From assembly GCF_009914755.1 (NCBI RefSeq), contig NC_060931.1: a stretch of 64,000 bases of DNA, one strand, 5' to 3'. The position numbers and the translations under genes were made by a program. The notes under the pieces are model-generated. The model did no database searches and had not been told where the DNA came from. It saw only the letters and a program-made list of their open reading frames with translations. Source of the stretch: the human T2T-CHM13v2.0 reference genome, Homo sapiens. Below are positions 52,120 through 64,000 of the stretch, piece by piece; the stretch's first letter is position 1, and every line of letters starts with the position of its first letter.

Positions 52120-52285
52120 ATAGTCCTTAATCTCTCTAGGCCTTAGTTAAGCCACCTGTAAAGTGGCTATCATATCTATACCTAGCAGAGTTACAGTGAA
52201 GATTAAATAAGACAGTGTATCTAAAGCAACTGGCAGAGAGCCTGGTATACCCTAGGCACTCTAGATAAATACTACCTATTATTTA
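52120..52285. mobile_element. MIR fragment
   Basis: MIR-like segments cttaatctctctaggccttagt...ctgtaaagtgg...gtgaagattaaataaga. Confidence 0.6.
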
Positions 52286-52439
52286 TTTTTATAAAATAAA
52301 ATTATTTCAACCTTGTCCCAATTCTCCAAGTGCTACCAATCCGCCAACAAAAACTTGAGAACTATGAATTTCCAAGAAGAATTGGAGGAGGAAAAGGAGA
52401 AGCAAATGTGAGCAAAGCAACGGATGTGGGTGGGTCTGT

Positions 52440-52695
52440 GGCTGAGTCACAAACCTGTGGTCTTGTGACTTGCAGGTCTTGTTTAGTCCCTAGAGATGCT
52501 TTCTGTGAGTTGACAAAATTTAAAAGTCAGAAGATCTGGCAACACCAGGGCCACATCTCCTATGGCAACCATGTTTAGAGCCAACTTGCCTACTTTATGC
52601 AGGAGGCACTCTCCAGTTCATCACCCTTCTGCTCTGGCAGTCTTCACTCACTCACTTTTACTGCCTGTGGACATGCAAGTTGGTAAGTCTTGGTC
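52440..52695. mobile_element. Possible MER102-like hAT remnant
   Basis: gatctggcaacaccagggccacatctcctatggcaac resembles MER102 as I recall it. Confidence 0.4.
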
Positions 52696-54087
52696 TACAG
52701 CACAGTTGTGTAGTAGTAATAGAAGAGATCACATAGTATAATTGAAAAGTAAAGCTAAAGAAATAGGTTGGAGGAAATTCCTGAAGGATCTTTGAATGCT
52801 AAACTAAGGAGCCTGGGGCTTATTCCACAGGAAAAGGGAAGTGAAGGGAGATTTTCAAGACCAGAAGTGACAAGAGAGATATGAGTTAAGCTTGCTTCAT
52901 CAGGGAACTCAGACTGGATAAGGGAAGGATAAGGGGAGGGAGGTGAGTTTGCTTTTAAACTTGCTGAGCTTGGGTTCCCCAGGTTACTCTAAGGAAAGCT
53001 ATTAGGAAAAAATATCAAAAACCAGAGCTTGCCAAAGAGGGTTACAGTTATGATTGTGGGAGCCAGTACCTAAAGAGGATGGCTATGGCCAACATGATTT
53101 CTCAGAAAAATAAGCAGCAGTCTAAGGGAGTGGGATATTCATGTTTGGGCGATGGTAAGGGAAAGATGAGTTAAGGAAGGGGAAAGAGAAGGAGGAGAGA
53201 AACAGAATAAAGAGAAACGAATGTACAGTCAATAGCCTCCTTTCTGTAAACAAACAAACGGGACACAAATGTAATAACCAACAAGAAAGAAAAGGATTGG
53301 AAATGAGTGTTAAATGCTGCTTGAAGAGGCTTTATCGGGCTCAGGACTCAAAGAGCACTGGATTTGTTATGTGGACAGTCCCTGGTTTGATGACCTTAGA
53401 GAGATGCCCCTTGGTGAATGGTGGGGGCATACTCTAGTTAAAAGGAACGAAGGATATTCTGATAATCAGTGGTCACACCATATATCACACTGTTTTTTCT
53501 TTTTTTCTCCAAAGACTCCTCCTAAAGTTGTAGAGCTCATTGTTTAGTAAGAGCAGTTGCTCTCACAAGGAGCTGGGATGAAAAATTTCTCAATAATCAA
53601 TACAATTATCATTTTATTTAACTGTACAGATTAGAATGTGGGAATTGTCATGGGCACGAAGCCTTCAGCACCAATCTGCCAGCATCTACCAACAAAAATT
53701 AATATCCAGCTCTAAGATTCACTCGGTCCAACTCGGACCTCTCGGAGTTGCTGCATGGTTGTCTGATTAACATCACACACGTGTTCTAAACGTACAAGCT
53801 GTGTTCCTTAGTGTTTGTCCATTAAACGTTCTTAACTTTCAGGAAACAAAGAAAATTAATTTAAACATAATATCCTAAATTAGAAGCCTGAGATATGGTT
53901 ATTACAAGCAAACTAATAGTCATTCTAACAACTGAATCAACTTAGGACATTGTAATGTTTTTACCTCTCAAGCACCAAAAGGTTCTGTATTATGAACTTT
54001 TTTCAAAACCTGAAATACATCATCATTCCCAATGTTAATATTAGCATTAAATTTCAGAAAAATAACATTGTATTTACTTTTTTTTCA

Positions 54088-54457
54088 TGTATTAGTACGT
54101 TCTCATGCTGCTAATAAAGACGTACCAGAGACTGGGTAATCTATAAAGGAAAGACGTTTAAAGGACTCACAGTTCCACATGGCTCAGGAGGCCTCACAAT
54201 CACAGTAGGGGATGAAAGAGCAAAGGCATGTCTTACATGGTGTGTGCGTGTCAAAGGCAAAACAGCGTGTGCGGGGGAACTCCCCTTTATAAAACCATCA
54301 GATCTCATGAGACTTATTCACTATCATGAGAACTGCAGGGGAAAGACTTGCCCCATGATTCAATTCCCTCCCACCAGGTCCCTCCCATGACATGCAGGAA
54401 TTGTAGGAGCTACAATTCAAGATGAGATTTGGGTGAGGACACAGCCAAACCATATCA
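54088..54457 (-). mobile_element. THE1 (THE1B/C-like) MaLR solo LTR, same orientation as RAPGEF5
   Basis: Minus strand begins TGATATGGTTTGGCTGTGTCC and ends ACTAATACA; about 370 bp; no clear TSD. Confidence 0.92.
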
Positions 54458-54635
54458 GTTGGTTAACAGAAATTCTAGGAATTCTAGACAGACTTATTTT
54501 CTTCCAAGTTTAGCAATGAATAGTCAACTGCCTCTGTTAAGACTAAGGATTGGCAGGATAGCTAGATTATATTAAAGATAAGAAGATATTCTACAAAACT
54601 AATTTAAAGTAAACATAAGTAAGCACAATTAAGGC

Positions 54636-54950
54636 TTTTTGTTTGTTTGTTTGTTTATTTTTGAGATAGAGTCTTGCTCTGTCGCCCAGGCTGGATGGAG
54701 TGCAGTGGTGTGATCTCTGCTTACTGCAGCTTCCACTTACTGGGTTCAGGCAATTCTCCTGTCTCAGCCTCCTGAATAGCTGGGACTACAGGAGCCCACC
54801 ACCATGCCCGGGTAATTTTTTTCTATTTTTAGCAGAGGTGGGGTTTTACCATGTTGGTCAGGCTGGTCCCAAACTCCTGACCTCAAATGATCCACCCACC
54901 TCGGCCTCCCAAAGTGCTGGGATTACAGGCGTGAGCCACTGCGCCTGGCC
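54636..54950 (-). mobile_element. Alu (AluS-type)
   Basis: (TTTG)n tail followed by Alu reverse complement; flanks aattaagg / aattgagg. Confidence 0.92.
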
Positions 54951-55425
54951 AATTGAGGTTCTTTCGAAATAATCTGGCACAGGATCTTACATTTACTGAC
55001 AATTTTCAACACAAGAAAATTTACTTTAATGTATTGCCTGTATTTAAAAATACTGCTAGGACAAATATATCAACCAGTGGCTGACAGGAGACATGCCTCT
55101 GTGTTCTGGTTCCAGAGCTGTTATTAGTGTTCTTTTCAATAACACACAGCTGCTTTCTTTCTCACACAGGTGAAAGGAAGACTCATGTTTTTGGGTCACA
55201 GAGAAAGGTTTGGTCAGCAACCATTTACTGAACTTCTGTGACTAAGGGATGACAACTGTGCCCTCTGCCATGGAGAATGGAAAGTTGTTCACAGAGCTTG
55301 GGAATCTGATTGGTGAGATAATTAAATGACCACATAAGGCATCCTCCACACCCCAGGCTGATGAATATCACACTCCTGTGAATGTCTGGGCAGTCCTCCA
55401 CACCCCAACCCCTACCCAGCATATG

Positions 55426-56168
55426 TCATTGGCCTTGAGTCACCTAAGATGTTCCTATCAAGTTGTTTTCCATGTAAGTGCCAGGATGCTGAAGTTCCTT
55501 TATTCCTACTCAAACTTTATTTTGTCTTTATTTTCTAGGGAGCCCCAAATTTGTTTTGAACCATATCTATCTGGCCATGCACCAGGTAGCCAGAGTGGCT
55601 TCAATGGGCAAGGAGAAAAAGTAAGGGAGGAAAATGATAGCGGCCTCGCTAGTTAAATATACTCAAAACAGCCACCCTTTATTGACCACACACTGTGCCA
55701 GTGCTAATGATAATCACGGAATCACCACCCAACATTCCACACCTGTTAACACTAAGGGCTTTACCTACATGGCCTGCGCCCCTCATATCCACCCTAGAAG
55801 GTAGGTTGCACATTATCTTTTTTGAGGTGACAGCACTGAGGCTGAGATGAATAAAGAGAATAACCACCCAGGGCTCCTCAGCAAGATGATGTCTGAAGGG
55901 CCTAAGTCCCAGCCCTGGTTCTTTCATTACACTATGCTCTCCCGAGAGTGTGGACCCAAATAACCCATCCGGTTTAGGGGAAAAGAAAATGCAGGAAAGT
56001 AACAGAATCTCCAGGTTTGGAAGCGGGAGTAGAGTCATAGACACAAGAAGGTGGTCTTTCATTGGTCTTAAATCACCAAAGATGCCCCTATAAAGTTGTT
56101 TCCTAAGTGCCAGGATGCTGGAGTTCCTTTATTCCTACTCAAATTTTATTTTGTTTTTTATTTTCTAG
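55426..56168. repeat. Dispersed direct repeat of about 110 bp (55426-55538 and 56059-56168)
   Basis: Both copies share the identical blocks taagtgccaggatgctg and agttcctttattcctactcaaa. Confidence 0.9.
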
Positions 56169-56414
56169 TGGACACCTGGCCATAGCAAATAGATACGAGA
56201 TCAGCCAATTTGCTTTTCAAAAGGTAGAACTGACAATGACGTGGAAGGACTGAAATGGTCCACAAATTCCTAATGTTTTTAAGATTGACCAGTTACACAT
56301 ATTTATATTTTTTAAAATTGAAATGTAAAGGTAAAAACTAAAAAAATTGTTTACAAAAGGCCAAATCATAAAATTCTTCCCTCCTTTCTAGATGAATTCT
56401 CTATATGAAAGATT

Positions 56415-57266
56415 ATACTGAAAAAAAACCATTTTTCTACTCTCAACACATCAACTGAGTTTCCTATAATTCAATTCTGACACTACCTGGAGATAGCACA
56501 GACCTCACAGACCAGGGGCTCAATCCCACAAGACTGCATCCCACTTCAGATGCCAATCACAAGTCTCAGGTTGTCACCTGTACTTCTGACCAGTGGGCTC
56601 TATATCAGGGTTCTCACAACCACCCTCTGCGGTCTGACAAGTACCTGTTAAGGGCTCACTAAACTCAGGGAAACATTTACTTACACTTACTGCTTTATTA
56701 TAAAGGAGATGAAGATGAACAGTCAGGTGAGTAGTTACACAGCATGAGGTCTAAAAAGGTCCTGAGCACAGAAGCCTCTGTTTCCGTGGGGTTTGGGTTC
56801 ACTATCTTCATGGCACATGGATGTGTTCACCGACCTGGAAGCTCTCTGAATTTCATTGTTTAGAGTTTTTATAGAAGCTTCATTAGGTAGGCATGATTGA
56901 TTAAATCATGGACCACTGGTGATTAAGTCAATCTCCATCTCCCTCCCCTCCCCAGACGTTGAGGGCTGGGACCAAAAGCTCTATCCCTCTAGTCATGCCT
57001 TGTCTTTCTGGCAACCAGCTCCCATCCTGAAGCTATCTAGGGACCCCAGCCACCAGTCATCATATTAGCATACAAAAAGATTCTCCTATCACTCTAGACA
57101 TTCCAAAGGTCTTAGAAACTCTTGTGTTAAGAATAAGTGATTAAAACCAAATACTAAAACAAAAGATGCTCCTATCACTTCTATCACTCATGAAATTCCA
57201 TGGTTTTAAGAGCTCCAGCCCAGTGGCAGAGACCAAGTATGTATTTCTTATTATGTCACAATAATA
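56415..57266 (-). mobile_element. MER21-family LTR
   Basis: Segments ttcaattctgacactacctggagatagc..., cccacttcagatgccaatcacaag and the terminal tatttcttattatgtcacaata fit MER21B/C. Confidence 0.75.
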
Positions 57267-57615
57267 GAATATTATATACAATTAGATACTAAAATCTACT
57301 CTATAAGAGTAGATTTATTAATTTGTGCCATTGTTTAAATAATACTTCTTCCAAGCAATAATATATGGAATATTTCTTAGTTCATGTTTAATTTCTTATA
57401 TGAAAAATGTTTCTAACAATGACAAGAATTTAGAGTGAATGATGTATAATTCTCAAACATGAAATCAACAGCTCAAATCAGACATAAGAAAAGTACTTAT
57501 AGCTAACTAAACCTTGCATGCTAAGCATATGTAAGATTATTCTAAATATTCACTTGTTGAGGAGGATATCAGAGATAATCCAAACCACTTCACAGGCTTT
57601 TTAAAAAAATGACTA

Positions 57616-58231
57616 TGTCAGAGGCATTTGAGCCAGAGCGACTCCATCTTGAATAGGGGCTGGGTAAAATAAGGCTGATACCTACTGGGCTGCATTCCCA
57701 GAAGGTTAAGGCATCCTAAACCACAGGGTGAGATAGTACGTCTGCACAAGGTACAGGTCACAAAGATCTTGCTGATAAAACAACATGTGGTAAAGAAGCC
57801 AGCCAAATCCCACCAAAACCAAGATAGTGACAAATGTGACCGCCAGTTGTTCTCACTGCTCATCACATGCTAATTATGATACAATCGCATGCTAAAAGAC
57901 ACTCCCACCAGCACTATGACAATTTACAAATGCCATGGCAACAATCAGGAAGTTACCACATATGTTCTAAAAAGGGGAGGAACGTTGAGTCTCAGAAAAA
58001 CTCATGAATAACCCACCCCTTGTTTATCATATAATCAAGAAATAACTATAAGTATCCTTAGTCCAGCAGCTCAAGCTGCTGCTCTGCCTATGGAGTAGCC
58101 ATTCTTTCGTTTCTCTACTTCTCTAACAAAGTTGCTTTCACTTTACTCTATGGGTTCGCCTTGAATTACTTCTTGCGTGAGACACAAAGACCCTCTCTTG
58201 GGGTCTGAATCAGGACCCCTTTCCCTTGACA
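57616..58231 (+). mobile_element. MER41-family ERV1 solo LTR
   Basis: Starts TGTCAGAGGCATTTGAGCCAGAGCGACTCCATCTTGAATAGG and ends TGACA; 4-bp flanks acta / atta (degenerate TSD). Confidence 0.9.
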
Positions 58232-58399
58232 ATTATACAATGCGTTAAAACATAGTATGTCCATATTTCTTTGAAGAAACAAATACATAATTATGGTATT
58301 GGGTCTACAATATCAAAACAAACTTAACATAAGCTTCTATTTACAAAATTACATGCCATTTGCCCCTTTTTTGGGAATCAAACTTTGATTTTTTCTCCC

Positions 58400-58786
58400 T
58401 GGGCATGTTGCTCCCCTGATATTTTAAAGTCACAACAAAACAATATACAATATATTTGCCAGCTTCACTTGCAGCTAGATGTGGCCACAAGACTAAGTTT
58501 TGGTCCATGAGGTAAAAGCAGAAGCCGTGTGTGACGGGCAAGTGTGCTCTTCATGACTTTCTTCATCCTGCTGCCTGGACAGTTATGCTAGTGTCCATCA
58601 GGGCCCAGGAAATCAAGTTCAAATAAGGAATCTCAGAACTGACTGATATCAGAGTGGCTTTATCGGCTGCGGACTGTATTTCTCCATACTTATTTTCACA
58701 TGAGAGAGAAATACATTTATACCATGTTTAAATCATCATTAGAGCTTTTCTGTTATATGCAGCTGTGCCTACTCACAAATAACACA
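58400..58786 (+). mobile_element. Old MLT1 (J/K/L-like) LTR remnant
   Basis: ccagcttcacttgcagctagatgtggccacaagactaagttttggtccatgag...gcagaag pattern. Confidence 0.6.
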
Positions 58787-61103
58787 TGTACACTGAAAAT
58801 TTCCAGAAGCTCAAGTACACGATCTGCAATATGATATGGTTCTCAATTTTCTCAATTATCAAAAGTAGGAAAGGTACATTCAAGGAGTGTTAAGAATACT
58901 TAACAATATTAATTCATCCTGATCTCACTACTGTGGATTTCTAGAATGTGCTGACGAAGACACAGTGCCTTGGATGTTTGTTTGTTGGTTTGTTTGGAAG
59001 AACAAACACCTTCCCTGGGAGACTATCAAACAGTGCAAATTGTCATAATAATTCTGAGATATGCACACTATGCCAATCAGCATTGGCAGAACTTGGGTTA
59101 ACTAAAATTGTTCTACAGAAGCCATCAGTAAATGAAAATGGCTGGCAATGCCTTCAAATACAGATCAAACTGAACCAAGACATCAAAGGTCACATTTTAT
59201 ATATCCAACTCTGAGAATTAGAACCAAAATTAGGATGAAAAGATCACTCTGCTCTCTCTTTTTTTCTTAACAAAACATACGACATGACAGTAAATTTAAA
59301 ATCTGTAAGCTGCTACACAAAAGAAAATATGTGATATCAAGCAAGACTCAAAGAAAACTTAGGGGGAAAAAGCTTACTTGCTGTCAGTACTACATAAATT
59401 CTTCTTCATAACAGGTGAAGAATATTGAAAGGGATATAATAAGAAAAAAATAGCAGAAGCTTACATATACTCATTCATCTAAAACCATATTTGTTTTTAG
59501 ACTGAGAATTTAGGTAGCAATATCCAGCCAGGTATGCAATGGAGAATTTTAAATTGTACTTTTCATGTTCCCACTAAATGAAGCTCATTTAAAGGATTAA
59601 AATATTTCAAAGTCAGAAGATTCACCAAATATCCTAAATGCCAGACAAGAACGCCAAGTCCAAGTCTGAAGCAGAAAAGGCTACAGAATTGTTCTGAAAA
59701 TTATTTTCTGTCACTATTTAGATTATGACAAGATGTTCTGGGATTTTGGTTGTTGTTGTTTAGTTTCCCACGTTTCTGTCACCCGTATTTAACAACTCTA
59801 ATTTCATATTTATTTTTGAGATTCAAGGGAAGGACTGCCAGCCAAGTAGCAGCCTTAAGTACAAGGCAAAAAAGCTGCAAACTGAATGAAAGAAAAGGTT
59901 TCAATTGTAGAGTAAGAAAGCCTGAGGCAGAAAATGAGGATAATGGGAAATGGGAGGGGAAGGTTATAGTGCCAAAAGGCTGATAGGAAAAATGAAGAGA
60001 AGCTCAATTATAGGTAGGTTAAAAGCAAACATTCTCCCACACAAAGAATATCTCTTTTAGATGTGGGCTTGTCAGAGCAATTCTATGACATTACACCCTT
60101 TCAATGAAGCAATAATTGATTGAAACATGCTGTGAGAGATTAACATGCAGTGACTGTAATCAACAAATTGCCATCCACTAATACTCCTTCCTCACACTTT
60201 ATACGACTATCTGAAGTACACACTCTTACACAAAAAAACACTTTGTTCCCCCATTTTCTGATAGAATGCTAAATTTTACTTGAGGAAGATGTCATAAACA
60301 TTTTAAAATTCAGACAAGGACATCTGATTATCTCACTTTAAATCCAACAACCGTCTGGGGAGATGACACAAGATCTCTGAGAGAGAGAAACACAGAAAGA
60401 GAAAGAAGGAGACAGAGGTTTTTCAACCGTTGACACTGTCTTAAACACAGTTTCAAGTAATTTCAGCTGCCGATGTTAGAGTGAAACTATCATTTTGCTA
60501 AAATTACTAGGTTGTCAAACCCACAACTGACACAATATCTTGTCTTCATGAATTTCAGTATCTCTTGTTCCCTTCAATTTGCTACTCCAGAAATGCCCCA
60601 CTTAAATCACACATTTAAACAAATTCCTGGAAATACAGCCAGACACTAACAAAACCACATGCGTTTCTACTAAAGCGCAATATTAAATATGCCAATAGAC
60701 ACGAAACTTCCTGAGAAAATATGGCAATTTACACATTTTTAAAGGTTTTAGAACAGAAATTTCCTTTCAAAAGAAATGAAACCCCAGTTAGCACTAACTG
60801 AACTGGGAAATGATGCTGTAGAAATTATTTTTCCAAAGAAATAGAAAAGTAATATATGTAGCCTTCTTCTTTAAAGGGTACACCCTGTCAGGGAGACAGG
60901 ATATCAAGAGAATATTAAACAAGGTATTATCTGTCTCAAATTTATTTTTATGAGAAAAAACAAGTTATATTGAGGATTTATGTTTCAAATGCAGCCTTCA
61001 TCCTACGTCAAAGAGATTATATAGATGTAAGCCAATATCTTATCCATATAACAATAAAAGCAAGGACTATTATTAGGTCCTCATAGTTTGCTATTAGATT
61101 TTA

Positions 61104-61445
<342 letters not shown>

Positions 61446-63979
61446 TTATATATTTGATTCTCTGAAACTTGACAATTTGTGTACATACTTATGGCAACTC
61501 TCAGTGGAGCAGAATATTTTATTACTTGTAATAATTTATCCTCCAGTTGTTCTAGAAAATTAGAAATTTACTTAACTACAAAGAAAGAACCAAAGTTCTC
61601 TATGGAAGTCTAGCTAAAAAGATGAGTATCAAGTTGGGCATTTGAGGTAAAGTATTTCAGGTGAAGCAAATTAATGTAAATAAAGGATAAAAAGAAAACA
61701 ACATATGCAAATATGAATAAAGTAGAAAGTCCACTGACTTCTCCATCTTCCATGCTGGCTGCAGTTTACACAGGAAAACCGGGGTTCAGGGGTTGAGGTC
61801 AGCACTGAAACTGACTTCGAGGAAATAAGCAGTCACATGCATATGTCATTTAGATAGAACACCGTGTGCAGGAACCTCCAGATTATCTCACCTTCAGCCT
61901 CTAGGACAAAACCTCCACTCTAACCTGTCAGAAAGTGGTTAACATTTTCCTTCAAAGTATTTAAAGAAGAAAGTCCATAAACTGTTAAGATGCCCAAGTT
62001 TTCCATAATTCTTATAGTCTGGAAGCTAAGGATCTAATTTCTAAGGTCATTCTTTCCCCCTCATGTACTCCTTTTTCCATTTCCTATCTTCAGATCCTCC
62101 TGAAATTAATTTCCTAGAACCCTATAATACTTTGGTTTGTTTCTGGCATGCTCTAGACTTCCACTTGAACTTTCCGTTTACAAAGTCTACTGTAAAATGG
62201 TCAACCTTTTGTGGCAAAAGCCACATCTGCGAAGCCAACTGTAGTTTCCCTTTAGTTAAATATTACAAGTTAATTACCCAATGTCTTATTTTCTAGTTTA
62301 TAAATAAATATACATATACATTCCTATGCATTTATCGTAGTAAATTCTAACAGTGGACACAGAATAAACAAGGGTGGAGGATGAAAGCAAATCATAAAAT
62401 TAAAAGTTTAATGAAAGTATTCATCTCTCCACATAGTTCACTAGAAATATTAGGTAATCATTGAATAAACTACTCTACATTTTTCTGAATACTTTCTTAT
62501 TTGGAAAACTGTAACATTTGCATAACCTTTCATGCTGAAATTGTTTGTAAAATTAAAATTCAGATAATAAACTACAGCTCAAATGTGGTACAAACATGAA
62601 AATGATGCAATTAAAAAATGCATTCCAATGATCCATTCTCATTCTAAATCGAGATTGTTTCCCTGAAAGGTATGCTATACTCCTATTAAACATATCCCTA
62701 TCCATTAAATATCTTCCTTTGCCCATTGGTTGTGTTGTAATGAAAACTTCCACATTTTTCCGTTATTAATCAGTGTATGTTAATGATCTTATGCTTCAGC
62801 TGGGTCTCACTTCACTTCACCTTGCTTCATTAACAACAAGGGTATTAATTAACCCACAATCTACTGGCAGTGTAAAAGCATCAGTTCCCTTGTTATCATA
62901 CATACTATTGCATGTTCAAAGGTGGTGAGAATAGATTAACCCAGAAGATGAGCACCTCAAATGAAATCCACAGTCAAAATTTAATTTTTAATCACTTCTC
63001 ATGTGAGTAGTCTGATACAGTGTCAGCTGGAACTAGGACCTCTCTCTCTTTCTCTCTCCTCTCTCTCTCTCAACCTTTTTGAAGCAGTTAGCTCATCCAG
63101 TGGCCATTCTGCTCACAGCTGGAATCCAAGAAGCAGGTCTTTGTGCTGGAGATTAGAACGCTCTTAAGTGGGTACTGAAGCACCTGATTTGGGGCTTATA
63201 GCTTGAGTTGAATGTAGATTTTTACTTCAATTATGCCTTTCATCCATGATTCCAGTCTCTAGCAAAAATAATCTTCGGGATACAACTCGGAATATATTTG
63301 GGCTCATTTCCCGATTCAAATGGTGGCTCAATCACTAAGCAACTGAATTAACTTCTACCTTGGCTTCTATGTCCATTAAATGGGGATAATTATCTTGCAA
63401 AAGGATCCATCTAATGGGACAAGGTTTGAATAAATAAACTGGTGTCTGGAGTAATCTTTGAACCTGGTTCTCATAGCTAGAAGGGTCCTCAAATGTCATC
63501 TGGCCTAAAGCCTCTGCTTTTATAAGTGAAACAACTGAGAAAATTTCTACACAATTCTAATTATCTCATCACTTTGTCAACACTAATTTATAAAGCTTTC
63601 CAATGCTTCAATTATGGTCAACAAATACCGTACATTATATTCTCCATGCTAGTAATTAGGAGAGAAGCTCAAGGAACTACCAAAATCCAAACCAAACCAA
63701 AACAAAACAAAAACCACAGCACACACATTATAAAGTAGAACAGAAATCATATTCTAACTTGAGCACTTTTTCTCTCTTGACACCATTTTGGGGATTTGTA
63801 CTGTCACTGTGGACAGCTGTTTCAAGTCTTTGCTTTATCTGGAAAAACAAGCCCTTACCAAACAGTGGTACTCTTCATCTGCATCTGAGGCACACCCAGG
63901 GCAGCTGGAGTTTGTGCTAATGAATTCAGTCTCTCACTGATTTTTTTTTATTAGCATGTATGCAAACAAATTAATCTAA

Positions 63980-64000
63980 TTTTTTTTTTTTTGAGATAGA
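63980..64000 (-). mobile_element. 3' end of an Alu, cut off by the window edge
   Basis: Poly-T followed by gagataga. Confidence 0.6.

Overview
Primate (very probably human) genomic DNA: AT-rich, CpG-depleted and Alu-dense. The window holds the 3' part of RAPGEF5 (MR-GEF/GFR/Repac, a Rap guanine-nucleotide exchange factor) on the minus strand. I reconstructed 15 coding exons by hand, from 45260 down to the TGA at 644-646. They total 1448 nt, every junction is phase-consistent, and they give 481 residues from TLLDDFLLTY to RIEPRV*, covering most of the REM domain, the RA-like region and the CDC25-homology domain. Positions 1-643 are 3' UTR, and 45261-64000 is part of a large intron whose upstream exon I could not find in the window. 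Fourteen internal introns are visible: 13 are GT-AG, and 40766-45181 is a minor-spliceosome (U12) AT-AC intron. The rest is Alus (many with target-site duplications), LTRs (THE1, MER41, MER21, MLT1), hAT MITEs, MIR/L2/L1 remnants and microsatellites. Most ORFs in the supplied track are spurious. Best leads: (1) the AT-AC intron, with a possible 13-nt frame-matched alternative microexon and decoy U11 sites inside it; (2) a sense-oriented THE1 LTR that kept its TATA box and splice donor but has a mutated poly(A) signal; (3) a chain of strong plus-strand splice signals suggesting an antisense RNA over the last intron; (4) interferon-type motifs (an IRF-E, and a GAS in MER41); (5) a rearranged inverted-Alu locus at about 48 kb. 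No prokaryote-type system is present. Repeat-family calls rely on remembered consensus sequences and need Dfam/RepeatMasker confirmation.
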